DNA of 64,000 nucleotides from a virus (IMGVR_UViG_3300017987_005501), one strand, 5' to 3'; shown: positions 29,336 through 38,877, counted from the stretch's first letter. Notes: generated by a model not told the origin, from the sequence alone. Numbers and translations are program-made.

Positions 29336-30094
29336 CTATGTCTTTTGATTCCAATATCTTTTAGTTGCTTCTTTTAATTTTGCGAATTCTTTTTTCTTGT
29401 CTTCTTTTGAAGCAGTTCTTGTTAGATTTCCAAGATTCCCAGTTTCGTCGTAAATTTTCTTAATTTCCTTCACCTCATTTAAGCCTAGGTCTTTACCTAA
29501 AATATACTTACATATCTTAACTATACGCTTCTCTGTAGATGTGAAGTTTTTAAGAGAGGCTACCTTTGGGGTTGGAAATTCGAAGGTAACAATTTCCTCA
29601 TCTTCTTCTGATTCCTCAAAAGGAAGAAGGTCTTCAAGGTCTTCCATATCCTCGTCGCCAACTATTTCATCAGCGGATTCAATAATCTCTTCTTTTTCCT
29701 CGATGACTTCTTCGATGTCATCTTGTTCCTCGTCTGGAACTTTATCAATCCAGAGAGGATTTTTTAACTCGTCAGCAATTGTATCACTTAAATCGCTTAG
29801 GATTTTCAAACTCGAGTTAAAACTTTCTTTCATTTCCTTAATATCCTGAACATACCCATTTCCGCCCAGTTTACCATCAGGAGAAATTGCGGAAGATTTA
29901 ACCCCGAAAAACATGCGATGGGCAGCAACTAAAGCTTCCAAGGAGCTATTTAACTCCTCCAAAATATCCTTTAATTTAGACAGCTCTGTAATATCATAAT
30001 CGAAACCTGGAATACTTTGGCGGGGGGAATCAGATCCCGTGGCTGCTGTTTTTTTTAGAAAAGCCTGTACTACTTTTGAAGCTTTATTTGTCAT
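29336..30094 (-). CDS. Hypothetical probable head protein
   Basis: 252 aa; KKTAA, KVAS and RTAS motifs; acidic linker. Confidence 0.7.
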   Translation of the reverse strand: MTNKASKVVQAFLKKTAATGSDSPRQSIPGFDYDITELSKLKDILEELNSSLEALVAAHRMFFGVKSSAISPDGKLGGNGYVQDIKEMKESFNSSLKILSDLSDTIADELKNPLWIDKVPDEEQDDIEEVIEEKEEIIESADEIVGDEDMEDLEDLLPFEESEEDEEIVTFEFPTPKVASLKNFTSTEKRIVKICKYILGKDLGLNEVKEIKKIYDETGNLGNLTRTASKEDKKKEFAKLKEATKRYWNQKT

Positions 30095-30107
30095 TTCAAA
30101 GTATCTC

Positions 30108-30503
30108 CTAAACAGTATCTGCTAGTGGGTCAGGACCATCAAAAAGTTCTTCAATATAATATTCACCCTTTGTATCTTTTTTTAGCTCCCAAAGATCCTT
30201 AGTCGATTTATGAATTAGCTTTTGAGAGTTTCCAATTCGAACGAATCCATTCCTTTTAAGGTCTGAGGCACTTTTTACCCTATACCTTTTAGGAGGTTTA
30301 GTTAAGTGTAAAAAAGGGCTAATCTCGTCAGATTGAAACTCGGGAGAAAAATCTTTTGCCTGTTTTTGGCTTGTTAACGATTGATTAAAGGACTCTCCAT
30401 CCTCACACTCAAATAAAACTTCTTCGAAGACATTCATACTATTCGAAATATGAATATTATTTAAGTCCCACTCGTTTGATGAATTTTGTTTTTTGTCACC
30501 CAT
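30108..30503 (-). CDS. Hypothetical protein
   Basis: 131 aa; first gene of the head-protein block. Confidence 0.7.
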   Translation of the reverse strand: MGDKKQNSSNEWDLNNIHISNSMNVFEEVLFECEDGESFNQSLTSQKQAKDFSPEFQSDEISPFLHLTKPPKRYRVKSASDLKRNGFVRIGNSQKLIHKSTKDLWELKKDTKGEYYIEELFDGPDPLADTV

Positions 30504-30614
30504 ATTTCCACCTATCTCTAAAGATGATAACAGACTTAACGTATTTGTACAAATACTATATATAAATGAATTATTACTAAAAGTAACAATAGGTATTCCT
30601 TATTATGGAAGGAT

Positions 30615-30627
30615 CAATGGATTATTA
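30615..30627 (-). promoter_or_regulatory. Motif TAATAATCCATTG
   Basis: 112 nt upstream of the start at 30503, just downstream of a terminator. Confidence 0.5.
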
Positions 30628-30642
30628 AGGCTTAAGAAATTT

Positions 30643-30674
30643 AAAAAAGAAAAGAGATAGCGTTTGCTACCTCT
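30643..30674 (-). terminator. Intrinsic terminator after queD-like gene
   Basis: Minus strand reads agaggtagc-aaac-gctatctct followed by tttctttttt. Confidence 0.7.
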
Positions 30675-30692
30675 ATAATCTTCTTTTTTAAT

Positions 30693-31676
30693 TTAATCTT
30701 CCAAAGTAATCTCGGGTCCTCCTTTTGGCGACCCTCTTTTCTCTGCGTAGCCTTCTTTTACAAAGCTTTTAAGAGTATAACTATCGTCCTTAATCTGAGA
30801 GATAGGCCTAGAGATTGAGGTAGTTGCACCTTTTTGAATTCCTTCGTAAGCATTTACCTGGACAGATCTGAAATCCCTTAAATTGCCGAATTTAACTTTG
30901 ACTTGGTTACAGACAAAGCGCGAAATATTTTCAACTGTTGTTTCGTATGGGAAAATTTCTACCATATGAAATGGCAAGTCAGCAAAAAAGTAACCCTGCC
31001 CCGATTGGTATTCAACTTGAATTCTAGATACCCCTTCGTTGGCGTAAACTTTTTTTACATTTTCCTTAAAAATAAGATGCTTGTTTTGAAGCCTTTCTGC
31101 CATTAATTTTTCGAAGTGGTTATCTCGAACACCATCAACCATTATATCAATTGTATTTCGATGGCCATGGAATAGCCGTTGACAATTTCCATAATGCTCT
31201 TTTAGTCCATGTGTATAGTGGTAAATAGCTTTCCCGGGAGGGAGTTCTTCCCCCACGAGAGAAACTTCTACCCCATTAATATTTTCAGGCATTCCTTTCA
31301 TAATTTCCTGGGCTAAATAGGCTTCAATAGCACCAATGGTAACCGCAGGGGTATTTAAAGCAACAATTGCTTGTGCAGGGGCTTTATAGCACAACCATTC
31401 TCCATCGCTATAATCCCATTTGATTTGAATATCCCCATCATTTAGCCACTCTACACAGGAAGAAGGGACAATAACTCTATGGTCTGCGATTTCATCTATA
31501 ATTTTTTTTGCTGCGTTTTTGGCAAGACTAAAATCGAAAACAACCCCTTCTTCATTTAGTTGACCAATAAAGCGGACAGCAGCATATCTTGCATCCCCAA
31601 TTAATCCTTGCATTCTGTCTAGATAGGCATAATCAAAAACAGAAAGCTGGTTAACAAACATTGAGATTTGACTCAT
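30693..31676 (-). CDS. queD: Bimodular QueD-like 6-carboxytetrahydropterin synthase
   Basis: VFDF...K..ID...DH in the first module; YHYTHGLKEH.GNCQRLFHGHR and TTVENI in the second T-fold module. Confidence 0.8.
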   Translation of the reverse strand: MSQISMFVNQLSVFDYAYLDRMQGLIGDARYAAVRFIGQLNEEGVVFDFSLAKNAAKKIIDEIADHRVIVPSSCVEWLNDGDIQIKWDYSDGEWLCYKAPAQAIVALNTPAVTIGAIEAYLAQEIMKGMPENINGVEVSLVGEELPPGKAIYHYTHGLKEHYGNCQRLFHGHRNTIDIMVDGVRDNHFEKLMAERLQNKHLIFKENVKKVYANEGVSRIQVEYQSGQGYFFADLPFHMVEIFPYETTVENISRFVCNQVKVKFGNLRDFRSVQVNAYEGIQKGATTSISRPISQIKDDSYTLKSFVKEGYAEKRGSPKGGPEITLED

Positions 31677-31678
31677 TT

Positions 31679-31987
31679 TTATTCCTCTTTACTTTCCTTG
31701 GTATCTTGAACAAGGTTTTGCTTAAATAAATTAGAAACCTTAAATCGAACAGCCTTTCTTTTGGGAATCACAACGTCTTTTCCTTCAGTAAAAAGGGAAT
31801 TAGTAACTTTTTTAGCCCTTTCCACGACCTGGAAAGTACCAAACCCTGGGATATTAAAGTTATTTCCAGAGGTAACTTCATCCTTAATGATGCCGACATA
31901 AGAATCTATAATCTGCTTAACAACTTTTTTATCTCCCTTAATTCCCAACCTTTTACAAATTTCATTTAATACTTCTACTTTTCTCAT
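31679..31987 (-). CDS. HU/IHF-like DNA-binding protein
   Basis: IPGFGTFQV..R......N......IP....VRFK. Confidence 0.9.
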   Translation of the reverse strand: MRKVEVLNEICKRLGIKGDKKVVKQIIDSYVGIIKDEVTSGNNFNIPGFGTFQVVERAKKVTNSLFTEGKDVVIPKRKAVRFKVSNLFKQNLVQDTKESKEE

Positions 31988-32001
31988 TTTAGCATCCTCA
32001 T

Positions 32002-32760
32002 TTATGATGTTAAGTCATCAAAATCTAAACTTTCAAAATCTTTCTCATTATCTTCCTCGTCTATGATAACAAAGTCTTCGTCCTCTTCATCATCATTTTC
32101 GTCGTTTTCCCCTTCGTCATCCCCATCCGTCCCTATGGGTTCTTCGTTTTCTATCTCAATAACTAGATCATCTTCTTCATTAAGTAGGTCATCTGCTTCA
32201 TCCTTCTTTGATTGCCCTTTAATTAAAGAAAGATCAGCGTCATTTAAACTTTCATCTACAAGGTCATCCCCGCTATCCTCATTTAGCCCTCCTCCAAGAT
32301 TTTTAATTTGAAGATCCATTAAATGTATCATTCTATTAATATCAACCCTCGTATCCTTTAAGTTTGAGAGAGCATTCTCAATCGCTACACAAATCGCGTC
32401 GATATCTAATAAGGATTGCTCTAATTCAATTAACTCCAAGATTTTTGCTTTTAAAAGGTTCTCTGCATAAGCCTCCCTTGCTGCTTGGCTTTTTTGTTTT
32501 CGAACCTCTTCATTGGTTGCAATTAAAGTATTAAAGTCGAGTTTCTTCATACGTTTTTTTCCAGTTAGAATTCTTTTGGTTGAAACTCGAGCTCTATTAG
32601 TCTCCCTTAATATATCTTCCAAAGTATCACATTTTTCTCTAACCTTCGCCAAAATATTATTTATATATTTTGGGCCCATTAAATAAGCATCTTTTGGTAA
32701 TTTAACAGACGACTTGTCTAGGAGTTCGTAAATTTCGTCTATTCTTTTTGAATCCAACAT
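32002..32760 (-). CDS. Coiled-coil protein with long acidic tail (possible recombination mediator)
   Basis: Heptad pattern with a D/E-rich C-terminus. Confidence 0.5.
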   Translation of the reverse strand: MLDSKRIDEIYELLDKSSVKLPKDAYLMGPKYINNILAKVREKCDTLEDILRETNRARVSTKRILTGKKRMKKLDFNTLIATNEEVRKQKSQAAREAYAENLLKAKILELIELEQSLLDIDAICVAIENALSNLKDTRVDINRMIHLMDLQIKNLGGGLNEDSGDDLVDESLNDADLSLIKGQSKKDEADDLLNEEDDLVIEIENEEPIGTDGDDEGENDENDDEEDEDFVIIDEEDNEKDFESLDFDDLTS

Positions 32761-32834
32761 AAGAACCTCATGACTTCTTTTTATATTAATACAAATTTGT
32801 AGCAGTTTTTATCTAATCTTTTATTTTTTGTCTC

Positions 32835-35054
32835 TTAAATGGGGCTCAACCTTTTTGACAATAAAGTATTTCTCTGATGCACTTCGTTGTTGTTAATCGC
32901 TTCGTTGAACGCATTTTGGTCCCCGAAAATAATTACCTTCTTTTTAGCACGCGTAATTGCCGTATATAGCAGTTTGCGATATAACATTCTTCCGAATGTT
33001 TTCGAAATTGGCAATAATATGATATCATACTCGTTACCCTGTACCTTATGGATAGTTAAGCAGTAGGATAATTTTAAGTATTCCCGAGCTTCCGAGAAAC
33101 TAAACTCGATTTCCTTATTCGCATCGGTTATCCAAATAAATATTTTCTTATTTTCCTTGTCGAAATACCGGACAATCCCTTCTTCCCCATTAAAAACAAT
33201 CTTTTCATAATTATTTTTTGTAACAACAACTTTATCCCCTACTCTTAAGGAGAATCCTTGTAAATCAATTTCTTCATTATCAGCAGAAGGGGGGTTTATA
33301 ATTTCTCTTGCTTCCGCATTTAGACGATCAACCCCAATATCCGACCTATACATTGGGCTAATTAGTTGGATATCCTTATCCTTGAGCTGGCTTATAAACT
33401 TCTTAATCTTATTTAGTACCAGCAAATCATCTTTTTCTGAAATAAAGACAACATCACTTTTGCTATGCATCTCTTTTAGAGATGGAAATTCCCCTTTATT
33501 TAACTTATGTGAGAGCAAAATAATTTCAGAAGTATCTTCTTGCCTTAGAATTTCCGTTAATTTTGTAACATGAATAGCATTACTTTCAACTAGATCTCCT
33601 AATACATTGCCAGCGCCCACTGATGGAAGCTGGTCGGAGTCCCCAATCATAATTAGAAAACTTTGATCGGGGATTGCATCTAATAGATGATAGAAAACAA
33701 ATTGGTCTATCATACTTATCTCGTCTATAATAAATACATCTGCAGGGTATGGGTGTATGTGGTTAAAACCCCAAATAAAATCGTATTCTGGGTCTCTATC
33801 TGAATCATTCCCATCCCATCTTAAAGTTCTATGAATTGTTCCGCTATCTTCCCCCGTTAGTTGGTTTAGTTTCTTAGCAGCGATTCCAGTAGGGGCTAGA
33901 AGAGCATTTTTTAACCCTTTCTCCTTAAAAAATTGAACTAGGGCTTTAACTAAAAAGCTTTTCCCTGTTCCAGGATTTCCCGTTATAATCAAAACTCTAC
34001 TAGTTGCCATCGATAGAAGAGCGTCCCTTTGTTTTTTGGTGAAAGTAACTCCGTATTCCTTTTCATATGAATCGACCCAAGAGTTAATTTCCTTAGAGGT
34101 AAATGGAGACTCGAGATTTAAAAGTTGCCTAATTTTCTGAGCTGATTCCAACTCGGCTCTATGATTAAATTTTGGATAGATTAAGGTCTTATCTTTTAAG
34201 TCTTCCTTAAAGATTTTGCCTTCGGCAGCTAGTAGAGTTAATTGGTTTAGTAAGATCGGGTTTGTTAAATAGTACGGCTCGATTTTTTGAGAACTGAAAA
34301 ACTTTTTAATCCCTGATTTTAATTTTCCTACCGTAATATAAAGATGTCCTCCTTTAAAACAGGAATCCTTAAGCACTTGGAGAATATTTGCCCTTATCCT
34401 CTCTTCACAATTTAGGCTAAAATTAAGATCTTTTGCAATTGTATCAACTAAAGAAAAAGGGGACCCACAGATATCCACAAGCAAGTAGGGATTAGTCCGA
34501 ATAACCCTTTCAGAGCCATCCTTAAAAATATTATATATTTTTTTAATTGAATTGGTTGGGATATTATAGGTCTGCAAGAAAATGGATAAGTTATGAAAAG
34601 ACCTATTAATTTTCCATGCCTCGATTAAATCGTACCTTTTATTCTCTGAGAGTATTTCCGAATCTTCTAGTAATTCGGGGGATTGGTCAAGGATTTTAAT
34701 TAAATCTAAACCATACTCTTCTACTAAATTTTTAACCGTTTTATATCCGAGACCTTGAACCAGAGAAGTTATATATTTAACTAAACCTTCTTTTGTGTCG
34801 GGAGAAACCTCTTTATATTTTGAAACATTAAACTCCCAGCTCTTATATTTATCGTTAAATTCAAATTTTCCGTGGACCTCTATCCTAGCGCCTTTATATG
34901 GTTGTAACCCTGGGAAAAGCCCTTTTACCACAATTTTCTTTTTAAATTCCGGAACATAAAGTTTTAAAATATAATAATCAGTTTCTGGTTTAGTCTGTTT
35001 AGGAAACAAGACATAATCCAGCTCTCCAATACATTTTGTTTTTGTATAATCCAT
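32835..35054 (-). CDS. recD2: RecD2 (RecD/TraA family) SF1B helicase
   Basis: GNPGTGKS, APTGIAA, TIHR, IIDEISM, IGDSDQLPSVGAG, YCLTIHKVQG.E, LLYTAITRAK. Confidence 0.93.
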   Translation of the reverse strand: MDYTKTKCIGELDYVLFPKQTKPETDYYILKLYVPEFKKKIVVKGLFPGLQPYKGARIEVHGKFEFNDKYKSWEFNVSKYKEVSPDTKEGLVKYITSLVQGLGYKTVKNLVEEYGLDLIKILDQSPELLEDSEILSENKRYDLIEAWKINRSFHNLSIFLQTYNIPTNSIKKIYNIFKDGSERVIRTNPYLLVDICGSPFSLVDTIAKDLNFSLNCEERIRANILQVLKDSCFKGGHLYITVGKLKSGIKKFFSSQKIEPYYLTNPILLNQLTLLAAEGKIFKEDLKDKTLIYPKFNHRAELESAQKIRQLLNLESPFTSKEINSWVDSYEKEYGVTFTKKQRDALLSMATSRVLIITGNPGTGKSFLVKALVQFFKEKGLKNALLAPTGIAAKKLNQLTGEDSGTIHRTLRWDGNDSDRDPEYDFIWGFNHIHPYPADVFIIDEISMIDQFVFYHLLDAIPDQSFLIMIGDSDQLPSVGAGNVLGDLVESNAIHVTKLTEILRQEDTSEIILLSHKLNKGEFPSLKEMHSKSDVVFISEKDDLLVLNKIKKFISQLKDKDIQLISPMYRSDIGVDRLNAEAREIINPPSADNEEIDLQGFSLRVGDKVVVTKNNYEKIVFNGEEGIVRYFDKENKKIFIWITDANKEIEFSFSEAREYLKLSYCLTIHKVQGNEYDIILLPISKTFGRMLYRKLLYTAITRAKKKVIIFGDQNAFNEAINNNEVHQRNTLLSKRLSPI

Positions 35055-35058
35055 ATTA

Positions 35059-35385
35059 TTATTCTAGTATCTGAAAAAAGAACCCTTCGAATTCAGAAAC
35101 CGGTATTTCCAAATCCCCAATTTTAAATACTAATAAATGGCGGTCGTTTCTAACTAATTCGTAGCGCGATTCGGATTGTTGCAACTGAATAGAATGATGT
35201 TTAAAAGCTTTAAATGTTAAAACTCCTTTTTTCTCAATGCGTTTTAGATGGGAATGTACTGCAGCATTTGTTATACTAAACCGTCTTGCTATTTCAGCCT
35301 GTGCCGGAGAGATACCGTTTTTTCTACGGTATTCCTTAATAAAATTAACAATTTCCTTTTGTCTTTTCGTTAAACTTCTTGCCAT
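35059..35385 (-). CDS. LexA-type winged-helix DNA-binding domain protein without peptidase domain
   Basis: LTKRQKEIVNFI......G.SP...EIA......AV..HL..IEKKG; only 108 aa. Confidence 0.8.
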   Translation of the reverse strand: MARSLTKRQKEIVNFIKEYRRKNGISPAQAEIARRFSITNAAVHSHLKRIEKKGVLTFKAFKHHSIQLQQSESRYELVRNDRHLLVFKIGDLEIPVSEFEGFFFQILE

Positions 35386-35387
35386 TT

Positions 35388-36017
35388 TTAGGCCAAGCCC
35401 TCTTCTTTTAAGATTTCAACTATACAGTTATGAATCCTATCGGGGGTCGTATCATTATCTATTTCAATCACGGAGTGAGTTTTAAAAATACCTAGCGGGT
35501 ACGATTCACTCATTAATAATTTTTTATAATTGTCCCTCAACTGGACCATAAAATCTAGGCCCCTGGTCTCAAACCTATCTGTTTCCGAAACTCTATCTTT
35601 AGCAATATTGGGGTCTAAATCAAGATAAATTAAATGGTCTATTTCCCAATGCCGAACTAATTTCATATAAAAAGAGATTAAGGACTCTACCAGCGAAAGG
35701 CTAAATCCTTGATAACAAATTGTTGAGGCAATAGTCCGGTCTAGTATAAAAATAGTTCCTTCTTCTTCTTTTTGGCCCAACTTTAAAATACCATGTACAT
35801 GAGAAGCTAAAAATAAAGTTAGATCCGTTTCGTTAAAAATCTCTTCGTTATTAAGGACAATTTCCCTAATTTTTTCTCCTAATTTTGTATAGCCCGGTTG
35901 CCGAGCAATTATAACCTTATGCCCTAGCTTTTCGTAATAGGATTTTAACTTATTAATTTGAGTTGTTTTGCCAGACCCGTCTAATCCTTCAAAAGCGATG
36001 TATTTCGATTTTCGCAT
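35388..36017 (-). CDS. tmk: Thymidylate kinase
   Basis: IAFEGLDGSGKTTQ, R.PG.T.LGE.IR, LDR...ST..YQG. Confidence 0.92.
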   Translation of the reverse strand: MRKSKYIAFEGLDGSGKTTQINKLKSYYEKLGHKVIIARQPGYTKLGEKIREIVLNNEEIFNETDLTLFLASHVHGILKLGQKEEEGTIFILDRTIASTICYQGFSLSLVESLISFYMKLVRHWEIDHLIYLDLDPNIAKDRVSETDRFETRGLDFMVQLRDNYKKLLMSESYPLGIFKTHSVIEIDNDTTPDRIHNCIVEILKEEGLA

Positions 36018-36091
36018 TTTAATTCCATGTAAAAAAGATAAGTTTAGTATATAAATAATACCAAAGAAACCGTTAAAATAAGTAAAAGAAA

Positions 36092-36688
36092 ATGGATAAA
36101 AGATTAGTCCTAGTTGATATAGATAATTATCTAATAAGAAACAGTTTACAACTAAATCAATTTGCGCTTCAAAACCTTTTCAAGATTAAATTCCGGTTGA
36201 ATATTTGGAAGAAAATACAATACGAGGAAACCGATTCTTTTATCTTTCAAAAAATTTGTCAAACCTTTCAGCTAAACCTTTCAACGGAACAGTTATCTAA
36301 TCTAAAAAGAGATTATGTTCTCGAATTATTTAAGCTAATCAAGAATAATCGGAATTCGGCACAACTAGACCCCATCAGCTATAATAATATAAAAGAACTT
36401 CTTGAACAGAAAATTATTATAGGCAGTTTTGCTTCCAGCTTTTTCGATAATATTAGAATGAAGCTTATTCCCCTTAATATATTCCATCATTTCCAATTTG
36501 GGGCTTTCGGAGAAGACGCAACCTCAGTCACACAATTAATTGAAGTTGCAAAAGAAATCTTAAAAATCCAAACAAAAGAAACTTTTTCCGAAACGTACTA
36601 CTTATCTGAAAAAAATTATAAGGTAAAAGATATTCAGTGGCTTAATAATAACACTTTGGGTTCGATTTTACAAAAAAAAGAATTTTGA
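36092..36688 (+). CDS. Degenerate HAD-superfamily hydrolase-like protein
   Basis: LVLVDIDNYL (motif I-like) and FGAFGED; motif IV not recognisable. Confidence 0.5.
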   Translation: MDKRLVLVDIDNYLIRNSLQLNQFALQNLFKIKFRLNIWKKIQYEETDSFIFQKICQTFQLNLSTEQLSNLKRDYVLELFKLIKNNRNSAQLDPISYNNIKELLEQKIIIGSFASSFFDNIRMKLIPLNIFHHFQFGAFGEDATSVTQLIEVAKEILKIQTKETFSETYYLSEKNYKVKDIQWLNNNTLGSILQKKEF

Positions 36689-36823
36689 GAGTAAAAAACT
36701 TTTAATCCAAGATGTATTATTAGTGACTGAACGAGAACGCTATAAGCCATATGACCTAGCTCAAAGTAGCACTGTCCAAGGCCTAAAGCACATTTTTTAA
36801 CGTCCTAAAAAAGGAGAAAGCAG

Positions 36824-37537
36824 ATGTCAGATCTTATCAAACAAGCCGGTTTCGATGATGACGCAGTTCCAAGTTCCCGCCCAGATAATTACAAAGCAAA
36901 AGAAGGAAAGCAAGACCGCATTGCAATGGCATGGGTCGCAGATGAGATCAGTAAAAAAACTGGGAAAAGAGACCCTCAGTTTATTTTTGCTCCCACCTTC
37001 TATGTTCCAGGAAACGGTTATATCCTAGCCAAGCCTGGATTTGACAAGCTAATTGGGAAACAACCCAAGAAACGTTTTGCTACCGTCGTAATTGTTTACC
37101 AAACTGATAAGGAAGGGGAACTATTTAAGGATGAAGATGGAAAGCCTATTTTAAGCTATTCCATTAAGCCTTGGTTCTTCTCAGAGCAAAAGTATCGCGA
37201 TCTTAAGAGCCTGCACAATAAGTGGGATCTTTCCAAGCACGATCTTGATATTAGCTGTATTGAGGAACAATACCAGAATATCACCATCCAACCGCACCCT
37301 AATTCCTACCTAGAAAAGATGATGCAAAAAGAGAAGTATAAGGAAAAGTTAATGGCTCAAATTGAAGCCACTATTCAAACTCTTCCAAATTCTCTTGGTA
37401 GGGATTTAACAGAAGAAGAGCTTAGGGAAGATGTTCTTGAAGAGGAAGAGCAAAGTGTGACTGATGATAGCACTGAAGAATTTTCCAATTCGGACTCTGA
37501 TGAAATTATGAACGATATCCTTGACGATATTGAGTAA
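36824..37537 (+). CDS. Putative single-stranded DNA-binding protein
   Basis: AGGAG SD; aromatic-rich core with very acidic C-terminal tail; located next to ruvC/recA. Confidence 0.55.
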   Translation: MSDLIKQAGFDDDAVPSSRPDNYKAKEGKQDRIAMAWVADEISKKTGKRDPQFIFAPTFYVPGNGYILAKPGFDKLIGKQPKKRFATVVIVYQTDKEGELFKDEDGKPILSYSIKPWFFSEQKYRDLKSLHNKWDLSKHDLDISCIEEQYQNITIQPHPNSYLEKMMQKEKYKEKLMAQIEATIQTLPNSLGRDLTEEELREDVLEEEEQSVTDDSTEEFSNSDSDEIMNDILDDIE

Positions 37538-37551
37538 TAGTTTTTACCCCT

Positions 37552-37583
37552 AAAAAAAACTCAGCTTCGTGCTGGGTTTTTTT
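37552..37583. terminator. Bidirectional terminator between convergent ssb and ruvC
   Basis: aaaaaaaactcagc-ttcgt-gctgggttttttt. Confidence 0.75.
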
Positions 37584-38289
37584 ATCGTTTCCGTTCTTTT
37601 TTTGCCTTTTTAATATCTTTTGATTTGCGGCGGGCCTTAGAATCTGAGAACCGATAAAAATGTTCATACTCTCTATATAGAATACCTTCTTCTCCAACTT
37701 TGGGTTTTCCCGCCTTAATTCCCCTTTTATAATAAGGGCGGGCCGCAAAGGCTTCCTGTTCGACTTTTGTTAAATCTGAAACTTCAACTTTCTGATCATG
37801 TAGATTCCAAAAATTAGAAGCAAAATAAGAGACATGGAAAGCATCAGCAATGTCTCCTTGGATTTTAACACCGTTAATTACGGCTTTTTCTAATCCTAGT
37901 TTTTTCTTCATCGATTTAATCATATCACTTTTCGTAACTTTAGTGTTAGATGAAATTCTAGCGAGTTTTTTAAGTTGCATAGGGGCAAAATAAACGACAT
38001 CTACCTTCTTTTTAAATAACATTGATTTAATAAAAGAATACAAGGCAAACATATTTTCAGATTGGATAGCATGAAAAATGGGAGATTCTGATCCACACCG
38101 AACAATTTTATATTTTTTAATTAAGGCAGCTAGCTTTTTTGCGATTGTTTCATATCTCAAAATCTCAAGCATAGCTTCGCTTGTTTGGATTAACCCAACC
38201 TCGACTACCGACTCTGGTCCTGTTTTTTCATTATCTAAGACGCAAAAGCCAGTATTTGTTAGAGAGGGGTCAATTCCTAATATATGCAT
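37582..38289 (-). CDS. ruvC: RuvC-like Holliday junction resolvase
   Basis: ILGIDPSLTNTG, ESP, PMQLKK, K..M, DIADA. Confidence 0.85.
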   Translation of the reverse strand: MHILGIDPSLTNTGFCVLDNEKTGPESVVEVGLIQTSEAMLEILRYETIAKKLAALIKKYKIVRCGSESPIFHAIQSENMFALYSFIKSMLFKKKVDVVYFAPMQLKKLARISSNTKVTKSDMIKSMKKKLGLEKAVINGVKIQGDIADAFHVSYFASNFWNLHDQKVEVSDLTKVEQEAFAARPYYKRGIKAGKPKVGEEGILYREYEHFYRFSDSKARRKSKDIKKAKKERKR

Positions 38290-38361
38290 GCTTCTTCCTT
38301 ATAGGGTTCTTTATATATATTTACAGTTACAAAAGACTTTTCTTGGCACTCTTGTTTCTCC

Positions 38362-38427
38362 CATCTGGAACTTCCTCATGAAATTGACCATCATTACTAT
38401 CTTATTAATGATTTATATTGCTATTAG
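38362..38427 (+). repeat. Left arm of perfect 66-bp inverted repeat
   Basis: catctggaacttcctcatgaaattgaccatcattactatcttattaatgatttatattgctattag is the exact reverse complement of 38812..38877. Confidence 0.95.
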
Positions 38428-38811
38428 CTAAATCGCTTTATGTAAACATAAAACAAGGAATATATATAAACATATATTCAATTTAAAAATAGGTTTAAAA
38501 ATAAAGGTTAATATGTTAAACTGCTTTTGGGGAATATAGAATGGCTTTAAAGTAAAATAAAAAAGTATTTTAAAATCAGGTTGAGTTTTCAGGATTTAAA
38601 TCTATTTGAACTATTTAAAAAAGATTTTCATCCCCATTGATCCGAAGACTCGCTTGTATAAAGATCTGAAGGTAGCGAAAATTAGGAATTAATATCCTGT
38701 CTAGGTCGTAATGCTCCTAGAATAAAAAAAGGCGCTGTTATACTGCAAGTTTAACTCCTGCTACCCTAAAAATCAACTGGAATAGCTTGCAGGCTACTAC
38801 TACTAATGGCA

Positions 38812-38877
38812 CTAATAGCAATATAAATCATTAATAAGATAGTAATGATGGTCAATTTCATGAGGAAGTTCCAGATG
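38812..38877 (-). repeat. Right arm of perfect 66-bp inverted repeat
   Basis: Checked base by base against 38362..38427; 384-bp AT-rich spacer. Confidence 0.95.

Noticed and set aside
36690-36823. Structured autoregulatory leader (T4 gene 32-like pseudoknot) upstream of the SSB-like gene
   Set aside because: Only 4-bp helices found by eye; needs folding and covariation analysis
38362-38877. MITE or non-autonomous transposon interpretation of the 66-bp IR
   Set aside because: Flanks (ttgtttctcc / aaaataatgg) show no target-site duplication; no second copy or transposase seen in the window
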